Numbered from the stretch's first letter, positions 9,211 through 18,818 are shown. The stretch: 64,000 nt of DNA from Cyclobacteriaceae bacterium (GCA_030584025.1 CP129487.1:1664158-1728157); one strand, 5' to 3'. Translations and numbers: made by a program. Notes: generated by a model from the letters alone, not told the origin.

Positions 9211-11061
9211 TTATTGAATAACACATGCTCCCCCTGCACACGCAGCTTCAGCCTGCAGATCCGTTGCATCATCGGGTTCATAGATGTTAGAAAGGTCAAT
9301 GGCATGTAGTGATGCTTCTAATTCTTCAAAGTGCTCCTTGCTGATATCTTCAAATGGAGGTTGTTTGTAATTCCCATTGTCGTAAGGTAAAACACTAAGT
9401 CCATTATAGCTGGCTTTGTTTAACCACATCCAGTGCCCAACTTTTTCCCATTCATCGTCTTTAATCGACACCGTTGCCGACACGTTGTTAGCATTGTACC
9501 CTAACCGATATCCGTTTCGTACCCACTGAATGTTAAAGTGCTTGATCCGTTCCAGCATCTGCATTACATCTTCATTCCGCAAAATGCTGTCTTCGGGCGA
9601 TTTCTGCGGAATGCACACGATGGCTTGTTTGCTGTTGAGTAAATCGTCTTCCAATAATTCAGTATGGTTTATGCGGAGGTACTCATATAGTGCTTCATTC
9701 TTTCCTATACGCATCCTACGCAAGTAGTAATCATTATGCCATGCATGAATTCCTGATGATGTCCCTAACACCAAAGAACTGGTGCCAGAGGGCTTTATTG
9801 TTGTACATCGTGCCGCAAATGAAATACCTATTTTAGCAGACACTTCAATGTTAATATGTTTAACTTCTTCTGCTGCTTCACGTAAATCTAGTTTGGCCAC
9901 TCTTCCACTGGCAATGCCCGTCATGCCAACTCCAATAAGCGCATCCTGCTCGGTAGTATTTTTCCACTCATCACGCAAGTAGTGAAAATCGGTAAAGCCA
10001 GCTTGTAAGGTGCCTAGGAATCCCGCTACACGTGCACGGTTGTTTAGCTCCTCCTGATTCTCTACATCGGAAACATTGACTTCACATAAGTTGCAAAACT
10101 GGAAGGGACGTAGCGCAATTTCACAGCAAGGATTAGTTCCCCAATCGGGGTGATTGCTGAAGTAAAAACCGGGTTCGCCAGCACCTGACAGTTCAATCTT
10201 TTTCCACAGATCAAGAAATTCTTTTTGCGTGGTATGTTCTCGCGAGAGCACAGCCGAGTTATTTGCGCGACCCCGTTGCTCGTTCAGTTCCCACCAATTT
10301 CCAAACTTACAGGTCAACATTTCCTCATCATCTAGGGAGAACAAGGAAATCATGGCTGATCTACGAATGCCCCCTGCAAGCACCGCGTTGGCTATATGGC
10401 ACATGATGTCATGACATTCCAGCGGGGTGAGTTGTTCCCCGTTTTCTTTTCGATCCAAAATTGCTGTAACATGCGCATGACAAACCTTTAATGGTTCCGG
10501 GCCGGGTGCTTTGCCCCCTGCTGTTACCAGGCGTGCGCCTTTTGGTCGTATGTCGGAATAGTCGAAATCAGGCATTGCTTCATTTTGTCCAAAGTAAGCC
10601 TTCATAATCATTTTGATGGAATCGGCCCAACCTTCCAGACTATCACCAATCAGAAATCTTCTGCGCTTTTCTGCTTTTTGTATCGGAGGAAGTTTCGCTA
10701 CATGATGTTGTTGAACTGAAAAACCCACACCTGTTCCACCTAACAGCAAAAACATCGCCTCCTGAAATGCCCGGATATCATCTACCGGCATATAGGCGCA
10801 GTTATAAATGCGACTGTTATTCTTAACAATTGGAGCGCCAGCAAATTGCATGGCACGCATAGATGGCAATACCTTTTTTTGCAATACCCACTGCATATTC
10901 TCCTGAATTTCATCAGTAATGTGTGGATATTTATCAATCATCATAGCTTCGTATCGCGCGCAGATTTCGGGCCATAATTCTCTACGCTGCAATTCAGGCA
11001 GGTAGCGCGCATACTTCATGTAAATGACAATGTCACTGAGGATTTCTTGATTGAGTTCCAT
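9211..11061 (-). CDS. nrdJ: Adenosylcobalamin-dependent (class II) ribonucleotide reductase, monomeric NrdJ/RTPR-like
   Basis: 616 aa. Motifs seen are KYARYLPELQRRELWPE, SMRAMQFAG, GGTGVGFS, DYSDIRPKGARL..GGKAPGPEPL, GGIRRSAMISL, TNPCCEI..FCNLCEVN and IKPSGTSS. There is a C-terminal Cys pair, CAGGAC. Confidence 0.85.
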   Translation of the reverse strand: MELNQEILSDIVIYMKYARYLPELQRRELWPEICARYEAMMIDKYPHITDEIQENMQWVLQKKVLPSMRAMQFAGAPIVKNNSRIYNCAYMPVDDIRAFQEAMFLLLGGTGVGFSVQQHHVAKLPPIQKAEKRRRFLIGDSLEGWADSIKMIMKAYFGQNEAMPDFDYSDIRPKGARLVTAGGKAPGPEPLKVCHAHVTAILDRKENGEQLTPLECHDIMCHIANAVLAGGIRRSAMISLFSLDDEEMLTCKFGNWWELNEQRGRANNSAVLSREHTTQKEFLDLWKKIELSGAGEPGFYFSNHPDWGTNPCCEIALRPFQFCNLCEVNVSDVENQEELNNRARVAGFLGTLQAGFTDFHYLRDEWKNTTEQDALIGVGMTGIASGRVAKLDLREAAEEVKHINIEVSAKIGISFAARCTTIKPSGTSSLVLGTSSGIHAWHNDYYLRRMRIGKNEALYEYLRINHTELLEDDLLNSKQAIVCIPQKSPEDSILRNEDVMQMLERIKHFNIQWVRNGYRLGYNANNVSATVSIKDDEWEKVGHWMWLNKASYNGLSVLPYDNGNYKQPPFEDISKEHFEELEASLHAIDLSNIYEPDDATDLQAEAACAGGACVIQ

Positions 11062-11116
11062 GGTTGTGGTAAGTTTTAGTTTAAAAAATAGTTACGGGCT
11101 TTTTATACAATACCGT

Positions 11117-11821
11117 TCAGGTACCTTTATATATTTCGCTTTCTAATGTTAAGGCTTGGGGAAAAAGAATATCGTTTTCAAGTTTGATAAGCTTGTTCAA
11201 TGATTTCTCTAAACGTGCTACCTGGTTTCTAATGGTCTTGTAGCTATTATCTTTATCGGTGATGCAAAAATATTCACTCACTTTTTTTACTTCAGTCATG
11301 ATTTGTTGTGTGGAGGCATGTTCATTTTCCAGTCGCTCAATCGGATACTGAAAACGAAAAGTAGGCTGGCAGCTCACACCTGAATTTTTATATTTTTTGG
11401 ACCAAACAGCTATAAACTCGGGAAACAGAATCATTTCTTCCTTATATAGGTGCATCTCTAATTGTTCAGCCAGTATTTCAATATTTACTTTAATTGTTAA
11501 TAATTCAAGGGTGAAGGAGCTATAACGTTTTGTAGCCTTTTCAAGCGAACGCGTCAGTATAGATAATCGCCTTTTAACTTGATCATGTTCGTTCATGGTT
11601 TCGCTAAGCAGTTTGTCCATAGGTGTGGATGAAAACTGTAAGGATTTTATTTCCTCTTTAACATGAATGGGATTTACGGAGCATGTTTTGCATGCCTCCT
11701 CGAACTCCATTTGACGGCACCGCAAGTAGTGAAGACCGTATTTTCGCATGATGCGGGCACTGGAAGGCTGAAGGTTTAAAAGTTCACGAATTGTCATATC
11801 AATCAGTAATGGATATACCAA
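11117..11821 (-). CDS. Hemerythrin-domain, RIC(ScdA/YtfE)-like protein with a degenerate N-terminal domain
   Basis: 234 aa. The N-terminus TIRELLNLQPSSARIMRKYGLHYLRCRQMEFEEAC parallels the canonical RIC at 55010-55753 (TVGELVSQDWRKAEVFKKYGIDFCCGGKQSVEEAC) but lacks CCGG. The C-terminal half is H/E-rich (EHD...HLYKEEMILFPE...ENEH). It overlaps the qNOR gene end by 23 nt. Confidence 0.65.
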   Translation of the reverse strand: MVYPLLIDMTIRELLNLQPSSARIMRKYGLHYLRCRQMEFEEACKTCSVNPIHVKEEIKSLQFSSTPMDKLLSETMNEHDQVKRRLSILTRSLEKATKRYSSFTLELLTIKVNIEILAEQLEMHLYKEEMILFPEFIAVWSKKYKNSGVSCQPTFRFQYPIERLENEHASTQQIMTEVKKVSEYFCITDKDNSYKTIRNQVARLEKSLNKLIKLENDILFPQALTLESEIYKGT

Positions 11822-14156
11822 ATTCCTTTTTTAGTGTTTTTGGCTTTTTATGACCATTTCCGGTTACCTCCGGAAAAATCAAATTTTTCTTCAAATGCTT
11901 TCCGTTGCGCACAATGAAAATCAGCAGCGGGATTACACCCCCTAAAACAAAAATGGACCCCCCGATAATCCGTAACCAGGTAAGCCCTTGAAATAGAGAA
12001 CTGTCAATAAATTGACTGCTTCGGGCAAACCATAAACCATTTTCTACCACGGCAATAAATTGCAGAATGCCTGCAGGGAAAAGATCAAGCACCACCATGA
12101 GCAGTAAACCGATGTTGATGGACCAGAACGAAGTATTAACTAATTTTTTATCCCACACTTCCGGTTTGAATAGCAACTGACAGCAAAATAGGACAGCAGC
12201 CAGGGATAGGTTTCCGTACACGCCCATTAATGCAGCATGACCATGATTTACGGTAAGGTAAGTACCGTGTTCGTAATAATTGGCTATTGGCAGGTTGATA
12301 ATAAATCCCATAACGCCTGCACCAAGAAAGTTCCAGAAATTTACACCCAGTAAAAATAGAAACACGCCAGGAAACCCAAATGCTTCTTTTGCCTTGCTCC
12401 CATTTGTTAATTGATCTGGGAGTTTTGCAAATCGCCAGGCTTCCAGCGTCAATAAAATCAAGGGTACCACCTGTAGGGTTGAGAATACAGAACCAAGCGC
12501 CATGGTAAATACCGGTTTTGCATTCCAATAAAAGTTATGGGATATACCCAATAACCCTGAGCCCAAAAAAAGTAAACACGCCAGGTAGATAACGCGGGTT
12601 GCTGCACGCTCACTTACCAGTCCCATCAACACCATAAAGTATCCGATCAATACGGTTGTAAAGACTTCAAAAAAGGCTTCAGCCCACATGTGTACAACCA
12701 TCCAACGCCAAAAATCGGCAATGACAAAATTGGTTTTTGGCGTGAACATCAAGCCGGAAAAGAGCAACACAAGAATACTTAAGGTTGCGTATACTAACCA
12801 ATTGGGTAGGGCCCAAGGCTTTTTTAAGGTCATTACCGGTTTGAGTCCTCGGAAAAGGATCACTACCCAAAATCCGAAAATAATGTAGAGTAATCCCTGC
12901 CACAATTTTCCCGGCTCAAGGTATTCCCAACCCTGGTGCCCTATCCAATACCATGCGTTGCCGGCAAATCCCATGGGTCCGATGAACAGACCAATCACAG
13001 CACCTGCAACCAATAGCACAATTAATCCAAAAGCAATATTGATGAGTTTGCGTTGCCCGGCCGGTTCCTTAGGCGAGAGCATCGGCATAACAAAAAACGA
13101 TGCGCCTATCCAACAAGCAGAAATCCAAAGAAGTGAAAGCTGAATATGCCAACTACGGGTTACCGTGATAGGCAAACTTTTGGACATATCAAACCCAAAG
13201 AAATTTACAAATCCCACAAAATCATGTACAGTAAGAATTCCTGCCAAAACCTGCACAGCAAATAAAATGATGGCTGCATAAAAGAATTTATAGGTAGCAC
13301 GCTGTGTGGGTGTTGGTAAAAAGTCTCGAACTCCCTTTTCGGTTACTAAAGGTGCAGCATGATTAGTAAATGCGGCATCATCAAGTTTCTCCAGTTTTCC
13401 ATGGTAGTAAAGAACAATACCCAATCCAAGAACCAATCCCAATGACCCAACAATACTCCAGATTATAGTGGCAACCGTAGGTGTGTTGCCTGCCCCTGCA
13501 TCAAAAGGCCAATTGTGGGTATAGCTGTAGTCTTTCCCGGGGCGTTCTACCCCGCATACCCAAGCCCCCCAGAAGAAAAAGGCGGTTAGTTTGCGGATTT
13601 CTTCCAGGTTGGTAATGTACCCTGTTGGGGAAAAGGCTTGTTCATGTTTGGGATTTAAAAAAACTTCATGGTAATAGGTCACTAATTTTTTAGCCGCATA
13701 GGCTTGTGACATTTTAAGGGTTACTGAATGTGTGCTTTCCTGGTAGGTGTTCGCTTTAATTTCCTTTTTAACCTTTTCAGTAATCCCCAACAGTACTGTT
13801 TCCCGATCGGATACTTCGGCATGGGTTGTTTCTTTATAATAGTCTGTCATGAAAGTGGCCGTCAGGTGCAAAGCCTCGGCTGAATAATCGGGGCCCCGGT
13901 AACCACCATCGCCAAACATGGATCCATACTCCATCAGGGCATATTGCTGGAAAAGTGCCTGGCCTTTCTGGATATCGTCTTGTGTAAAAATTGTATTGTG
14001 TTCAACGTCAACAAAGTTAGCTACAGGTGGTGCCTCTGTATAAGTGTGAACACCCATCATAACTACCCCGGTAAAGCTGACAAGAAAAATTAATAGGAGT
14101 GGGAGCCACCATTTCTTTGGATTTAATAAATAGTCAAGGACGTTCCTCTTTCCCAT
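11799..14156 (-). CDS. norB: Quinol-type nitric-oxide reductase large subunit (qNOR-like) with a non-canonical HN in place of HH
   Basis: 785 aa and polytopic. It carries the NOR signature VVHMWAEAFFEVF (H..E...E) and the helix-X HGH (TVNHGHAALMGVYG). Helix VII reads GISHNFYWNAKP. I confirmed this on the DNA, where TCC CAT AAC TTT TAT TGG lies on the minus strand around 12525-12545. Confidence 0.85.
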   Translation of the reverse strand: MGKRNVLDYLLNPKKWWLPLLLIFLVSFTGVVMMGVHTYTEAPPVANFVDVEHNTIFTQDDIQKGQALFQQYALMEYGSMFGDGGYRGPDYSAEALHLTATFMTDYYKETTHAEVSDRETVLLGITEKVKKEIKANTYQESTHSVTLKMSQAYAAKKLVTYYHEVFLNPKHEQAFSPTGYITNLEEIRKLTAFFFWGAWVCGVERPGKDYSYTHNWPFDAGAGNTPTVATIIWSIVGSLGLVLGLGIVLYYHGKLEKLDDAAFTNHAAPLVTEKGVRDFLPTPTQRATYKFFYAAIILFAVQVLAGILTVHDFVGFVNFFGFDMSKSLPITVTRSWHIQLSLLWISACWIGASFFVMPMLSPKEPAGQRKLINIAFGLIVLLVAGAVIGLFIGPMGFAGNAWYWIGHQGWEYLEPGKLWQGLLYIIFGFWVVILFRGLKPVMTLKKPWALPNWLVYATLSILVLLFSGLMFTPKTNFVIADFWRWMVVHMWAEAFFEVFTTVLIGYFMVLMGLVSERAATRVIYLACLLFLGSGLLGISHNFYWNAKPVFTMALGSVFSTLQVVPLILLTLEAWRFAKLPDQLTNGSKAKEAFGFPGVFLFLLGVNFWNFLGAGVMGFIINLPIANYYEHGTYLTVNHGHAALMGVYGNLSLAAVLFCCQLLFKPEVWDKKLVNTSFWSINIGLLLMVVLDLFPAGILQFIAVVENGLWFARSSQFIDSSLFQGLTWLRIIGGSIFVLGGVIPLLIFIVRNGKHLKKNLIFPEVTGNGHKKPKTLKKEFGISITD

Positions 14157-14217
14157 ACCGTGTATTTAGTGGTTAAACTTAATAAAAGATAAAATACTCT
14201 TAATATAATTATACAAA

Positions 14218-14237
14218 AAAAGATAAATTAGTCCTTA
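14218..14237. promoter_or_regulatory. Candidate 20-bp operator (member of the recurrent palindrome family)
   Basis: AAAAGATAAATTAGTCCTTA. Its half-sites are AAAAGATAAA and TAAGGACTAA. It lies in the 94-nt divergent region between the qNOR gene and the tryptophanase gene. A weaker copy, AAAAGATAAAATACTCTTAA, is at 14185-14204. Confidence 0.5.
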
Positions 14238-14250
14238 AATAACCTGATAC

Positions 14251-15636
14251 ATGCAAGAAAATCCACGAAGGACCTTGGCTGAGCCCTTCCGTATTAAAAT
14301 GGTTGAGCCGTTGCGCATGACCACCGAGGTCTACCGGGAAAAGGCGCTTCGTCAGGCTGGTCATAATGCCTTTCTTCTTAAATCAGAAGATGTGTTTATT
14401 GACCTGCTTACCGACAGTGGAACTGGGGCGATGAGCGACCGTCAATGGGCAGGTATGATGATAGGTGATGAAAGTTATGCTGGGGCCCGAAGTTGGCAAC
14501 GGCTACAGGAAGTGGTGATGAAGTTATGCGGGATGCCTTATATACTTCCAACACATCAGGGACGGGCATCTGAACGAATCTTATATGGAATCACAGGTGG
14601 AAAAGGAAAGGTTTTCTTGAGCAATACCCATTTTGACACCACAAGAGCCAATATTGAATTTACCGGTGCCACAGCATTGGATCTAGTGCCTGAAGAAAGT
14701 GCAGACCTCGAACGGGAATTCCCCTTTAAGGGAAATATTGACCTTGAAAAGCTGGAGGCGGAAATCCGGAAGCATACCCCGAAGCATATTGCCGCAGTGA
14801 TAATGACAGTGACCAACAACTCCTCTGGAGGCCAGCCCGTGAGTATGGAAAATATGAAGGCGGTGCGGTCGGTGTGCAACCGCCATAAGCTGCTGCTTGT
14901 AATTGACGGATGCCGGATTGCTGAAAATAGTTATTTCATCCGTCACAGGGAGAAAGGATACGAGAGCAAAAGTTACTATAGCATTGCCGCAGAGATGCTG
15001 AACCTAAGTGATGCATTTGTGATGAGTGCCAAGAAAGACGGGTTGGTGAACATGGGTGGTCTGCTCTGCTTGAAGGATGAGGAACTCCACATTAAGTGCA
15101 CAAACATGCTCATTATTTCAGAAGGTTATACCACCTATGGTGGATTGTCAGGCAGGGATATGGAAGCCATGGCGGTGGGGCTGACCGAAGTTTTTGATCC
15201 AGATTATTTACAATACCGAATACGAAGTACAACTTATCTGGGCGAACACCTGAAGGCAAAAGGTGTACCTGTTGTATGGCCTATAGGAGGACACGCGGTT
15301 TATGTGAATGCGAAAAAGCTTTACCCAAACATTCCGGTTGAAGAATTTCCAGGACAAGTATTGGTTTGTGATCTTTATTTACGTGGGGGGATACGCTGTG
15401 TTGAAGTGGGCAGCGTAATGTTTGGCACGTACGATGAACAAGGCCGAATGAAACATGCGCGGCATGAACTAATGCGTATGGCTATTCCACGTAGGGTGTA
15501 TACGCAAAGCCATATCGACTATGTACTGGAGGTGTTTGATGATATCCTAGAAATGCGCGACAAGAAAAGAGGACTCAGGATCGTATACGAGCCACCTTTA
15601 CTCCGCCATTTCACAGCACGATTTGAAGCAATCTGA
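14251..15636 (+). CDS. tnaA: Tryptophanase (beta-eliminating lyase family; tyrosine phenol-lyase not excluded)
   Basis: 461 aa. Motifs seen are EPFRIKMVEP, FIDLLTDSGTGAMSDRQWAGMM.GDESYAG, PLP-Lys SAKKDGLVNMGG, MAIPRRVYTQSHIDYV and YEPPLLRHFTARFE. Confidence 0.8.
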   Translation: MQENPRRTLAEPFRIKMVEPLRMTTEVYREKALRQAGHNAFLLKSEDVFIDLLTDSGTGAMSDRQWAGMMIGDESYAGARSWQRLQEVVMKLCGMPYILPTHQGRASERILYGITGGKGKVFLSNTHFDTTRANIEFTGATALDLVPEESADLEREFPFKGNIDLEKLEAEIRKHTPKHIAAVIMTVTNNSSGGQPVSMENMKAVRSVCNRHKLLLVIDGCRIAENSYFIRHREKGYESKSYYSIAAEMLNLSDAFVMSAKKDGLVNMGGLLCLKDEELHIKCTNMLIISEGYTTYGGLSGRDMEAMAVGLTEVFDPDYLQYRIRSTTYLGEHLKAKGVPVVWPIGGHAVYVNAKKLYPNIPVEEFPGQVLVCDLYLRGGIRCVEVGSVMFGTYDEQGRMKHARHELMRMAIPRRVYTQSHIDYVLEVFDDILEMRDKKRGLRIVYEPPLLRHFTARFEAI

Positions 15637-15825
15637 TTCCGACCAATCATAATAACAATGAAAAGCATAACTGAGCCAATTCCTGACTATCTCAGGCCCG
15701 TAGTACGGGTAAGACCGGAACATTCCTGAGTCGTTTTGAAAGATAATATGTCAGATGATCCTAGGTTTAGTTCATGTAAAGTAAAACCTAAGCATGGCTG
15801 GAAGGCCATTGTTTCCGGAGAACTT

Positions 15826-17253
15826 TTAGTCCTTGATACAGCGTACAGAGACACCACAACCTTTACTGTAACTTCCTCTGCCTATGCCATTATTGATGTA
15901 ACTGAGCAGGTAGTACCAGGAACTGTAAGCATTGTACGCAGTGGAACTCCACCAATTACCGTATTTATCCGGTGGACCAAATGTTCCGTCTGGGTTACGG
16001 TAACTACCGGGCAAGCCTGCGAATCCACTGGTGTTTACACCGTTTCCCTTTTCATGCCAGGAGGATATGCTTTTCAGTGATAACCCACCCGAATCTTCAC
16101 CTCCTAAAGATTCAATCAAGATGGTCCACTCTTTAGTGGTGGGTATGTGCCATCCGATGGGCGCGAGACCGCGAGGGTCATTCACGGCATACCAATTATA
16201 CATTTTACCATAGATGTGACCATTGGCTGGATCATCTTCATAATAACACCAGGCGGGTCGTTTGTTGGCATCTGCACGACTCCACTCCTCTGGTGTTTTA
16301 GCTTCCGGTATCGGGTCGCCATTGGCAAAGTGATCAACATCCAGGTTTCGGCTCATCCATACCTGGGTGCCAATTGTGGTTGAGTTGAATGGATCAACAC
16401 TTTTATCCTTTTGTTTGACAATTGTTTCAGCGGGGGGCTCGGTTATGGTTTCCCGTTTGCTTGCGGGTTTAGTCATTGTTTCCTTAACTCCTGATCCGGG
16501 CGTGAAATAAAAATCTCCCGTATAATCCGAGGCAATCCAAGGGCGTTGCGCATCACCCGATGCTGCCGCTACATCTCGTGCCACATTCTTGAATACCTGT
16601 TCAATATTGAGGCCGGGTGAATTCATGTATTGCAATAACTTGGAGGTAAATAGGCCATTCCGTCCCTGACCATCACTAGCCACAGAGCCGGGCTTTGTGG
16701 CATACACGATATACGAGCCTTTTGGCGTAGCTACCATACTGAGCCCCTTTTCACCTGTACGACTGAAGCTGCGAAATGGATTAATTCTACAGGCATCCAC
16801 AATAAAAATATTCAATCCATTTCCGGCCTCTTCTATGGCGCGCATCACGTAATCCATGTTCACGCACTGGTCGTCAAGGTCTGCTTCTATTTGAGGATTA
16901 GCACTGGTTGGTATGAGGTAGTTCACACCTTTTACCTGCATGCCGTGACCCGAGTAAAAAACCAAACCGGTAGCATGAGGTTCAGTTTGCAGCAGCTTAA
17001 AGTACCGCAGGATACCGTCCAGCATCACACGTTTATTCATGGGATCATAAATTTCCACCACAGTAAATCCTTTTTTCTTCAGCGTTGAGGCCATATCAAC
17101 CGCATCATTCAGTGAATTCTTTAAAGGCGGAACATGCTGATAGGATTTTACACCGATCACAAGCGCATACTTCTCTTGCTGTGCCAGTATACGCTCACTT
17201 ATCGCACTGAATACCATCGCAGCAACAAGCATTTTGATCATCTGGTTTTTCAT
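15826..17253 (-). CDS. Secreted caspase (peptidase C14) domain protein with a C-terminal FISUMP domain
   Basis: The ORF extends to 17307, but the likely start is MKNQMIKMLVAAMVFSA (signal-like) at 17253. Caspase motifs are YALVIGV, YSGHGMQ and FIVDACR. The C-terminus TIGTQVWMSRNLDV...MYNWYAV...GWHIPT..EW...GFAGLPGSYR...VRCIKD matches the Fibrobacter-type paralogous domain. Confidence 0.75.
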   Translation of the reverse strand: MKNQMIKMLVAAMVFSAISERILAQQEKYALVIGVKSYQHVPPLKNSLNDAVDMASTLKKKGFTVVEIYDPMNKRVMLDGILRYFKLLQTEPHATGLVFYSGHGMQVKGVNYLIPTSANPQIEADLDDQCVNMDYVMRAIEEAGNGLNIFIVDACRINPFRSFSRTGEKGLSMVATPKGSYIVYATKPGSVASDGQGRNGLFTSKLLQYMNSPGLNIEQVFKNVARDVAAASGDAQRPWIASDYTGDFYFTPGSGVKETMTKPASKRETITEPPAETIVKQKDKSVDPFNSTTIGTQVWMSRNLDVDHFANGDPIPEAKTPEEWSRADANKRPAWCYYEDDPANGHIYGKMYNWYAVNDPRGLAPIGWHIPTTKEWTILIESLGGEDSGGLSLKSISSWHEKGNGVNTSGFAGLPGSYRNPDGTFGPPDKYGNWWSSTAYNAYSSWYYLLSYINNGIGRGSYSKGCGVSVRCIKD

Positions 17254-17390
17254 ACTGCTATTGATTAATATGATTTGAATCGAATATTGCAATTCAAAAA
17301 AAAGCACGTAACAGATTTTAAGTCGTCACGTGGCAGAGTATCTCAACCCTGCTTGGCTGGTTACAGCGTTTTCAGCGTAAATCAAAGAGT

Positions 17391-18068
17391 TCAATATTGT
17401 GCATAAGCCACTACCTGTTTCAGCAGGGTATCAAATTCCTGGGTGCTGATGTACTTATTTGCTTTCGGAAATACCACGTTCTCCTCACGGAAAAGGTGTA
17501 ACTTGAGTAGTTCAATGAGAGCGAATCCCTGTTCGGCAGCGACATCGAACGTTAACGCACGTGAAGTAACATCTGGCAGTCGTGTAGCCAGCGAAATAAA
17601 ATTGAACATGAGAGTCAGGTGCTGCATAATTTTCAAGTGGTCATCCTCCAGCATGTCAATGGCTGTTTTAGGAAACGGTCCTTTACTGTGCTCCTTGTGT
17701 TCGATTAGCCTTTTCTGTAATACCGGGAACAACACTTTCTCTTCCTTCAGGTGATGTTTCACCATGTGGTTGTCCATGTAGGAGAAGAACGTGTGAAAAC
17801 TCTTTTCGATATCGGGATGTCGTTGCCAACCATTTTGCTTAAAGGCAATCAGAGCTTGTTCAAACGCTTCCAATTCCTTTTTGGCTTGCGTGTGTTCATC
17901 CATAAATTGCTGCAAACACGGATGTAATTCATCGTAGGGCACCGTATCCACTACGGGTGGTGTAAAGGCTTCAGGTGGATCCATCGGTGAAAATTCTTCA
18001 ATCCCACTTTCCTTTTCAACCATCCGCTTCAATGGATCATTATTGTTTATTTTTTGTAAATCGATCAT
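17391..18068 (-). CDS. Hemerythrin-like (HHE cation-binding) domain protein, last gene of the nar cluster
   Basis: 225 aa. It has helical H/E-rich repeats (FMDEHTQAKKELE, MVKHHLKEEKVLFP, EDDHLKIMQH, LHLFREENVVFP). It starts 9 nt after narI. Confidence 0.6.
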   Translation of the reverse strand: MIDLQKINNNDPLKRMVEKESGIEEFSPMDPPEAFTPPVVDTVPYDELHPCLQQFMDEHTQAKKELEAFEQALIAFKQNGWQRHPDIEKSFHTFFSYMDNHMVKHHLKEEKVLFPVLQKRLIEHKEHSKGPFPKTAIDMLEDDHLKIMQHLTLMFNFISLATRLPDVTSRALTFDVAAEQGFALIELLKLHLFREENVVFPKANKYISTQEFDTLLKQVVAYAQY

Positions 18069-18077
18069 GTTGAAACA

Positions 18078-18806
18078 TTAGTTATTTCTTGGCCTATAAA
18101 CCGACCAGCCGTTGGCTGGATTTCGCACCTTGTTTTTGTTCCAGTTCCAGATTACCCGTTGATACGGCCGCCATAGGTAATCCAACGGGGCAACCAGTGC
18201 ATGCATCAGGCGTGAGAAGGGGAAGAGCATTACAATCAGGTAAGCTCCGATCACATGCAATTGGATAACGAGCGGCATCGCCACTACGGCATCCATGCGC
18301 GGCTCGAGTAAGAAAATGGACCACAAGTAAGGTGTAAGTGACGATGCAAACCAGGATGAACCCCAACGGTATTCGTAAGCTACCCACAATCCCAAAAACA
18401 CCTGTGCCAGTAACAGAATTTCCACCACATGATCCATCCAACTGGTTACCACCCGAATGCGGCCCTGCGTCCACCTACGGTAAATCAGGTTTGCCAGGCC
18501 AACCAGCATACTCAAACCAAAGGCAAAAGCAGCTACCTCCAGCACCAGTAAACGTACCGGGTGACTGTTCCACAGCAACACACTTTTTGGAATGAGAAAT
18601 GCGGTAAGGTGACCAAAGAAGAGAAAGAGCATACCCCAGTGAAACGGTACACTGCCCCAAAATAATTTCTTACCCTCCAGAAATTCGGATGACAGAGAGG
18701 AGATCTGAAACTTGACATTCCGGTACCGGTAAATGGTACCGATAAAAAATATAAACAAAGCCAGATAAGGAAGTATGATGAAGAAGAAGGTGTTAAGAAT
18801 AGTCAT
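18078..18806 (-). CDS. narI: Respiratory nitrate reductase gamma subunit
   Basis: 242 aa with about 5 TM helices. The N-terminus is the typical MTILNTFFFIILPYLALFIFFIGTIYRY. It occupies the position after narJ. Confidence 0.9.
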   Translation of the reverse strand: MTILNTFFFIILPYLALFIFFIGTIYRYRNVKFQISSLSSEFLEGKKLFWGSVPFHWGMLFLFFGHLTAFLIPKSVLLWNSHPVRLLVLEVAAFAFGLSMLVGLANLIYRRWTQGRIRVVTSWMDHVVEILLLAQVFLGLWVAYEYRWGSSWFASSLTPYLWSIFLLEPRMDAVVAMPLVIQLHVIGAYLIVMLFPFSRLMHALVAPLDYLWRPYQRVIWNWNKNKVRNPANGWSVYRPRNN

Positions 18807-18818
18807 AGTCTCGAAAGG

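Noticed and set aside
15736-16080. 114-aa plus-strand ORF downstream of tnaA.
   Set aside because: It overlaps the well-supported FISUMP domain coding region on the opposite strand and has no motif of its own.
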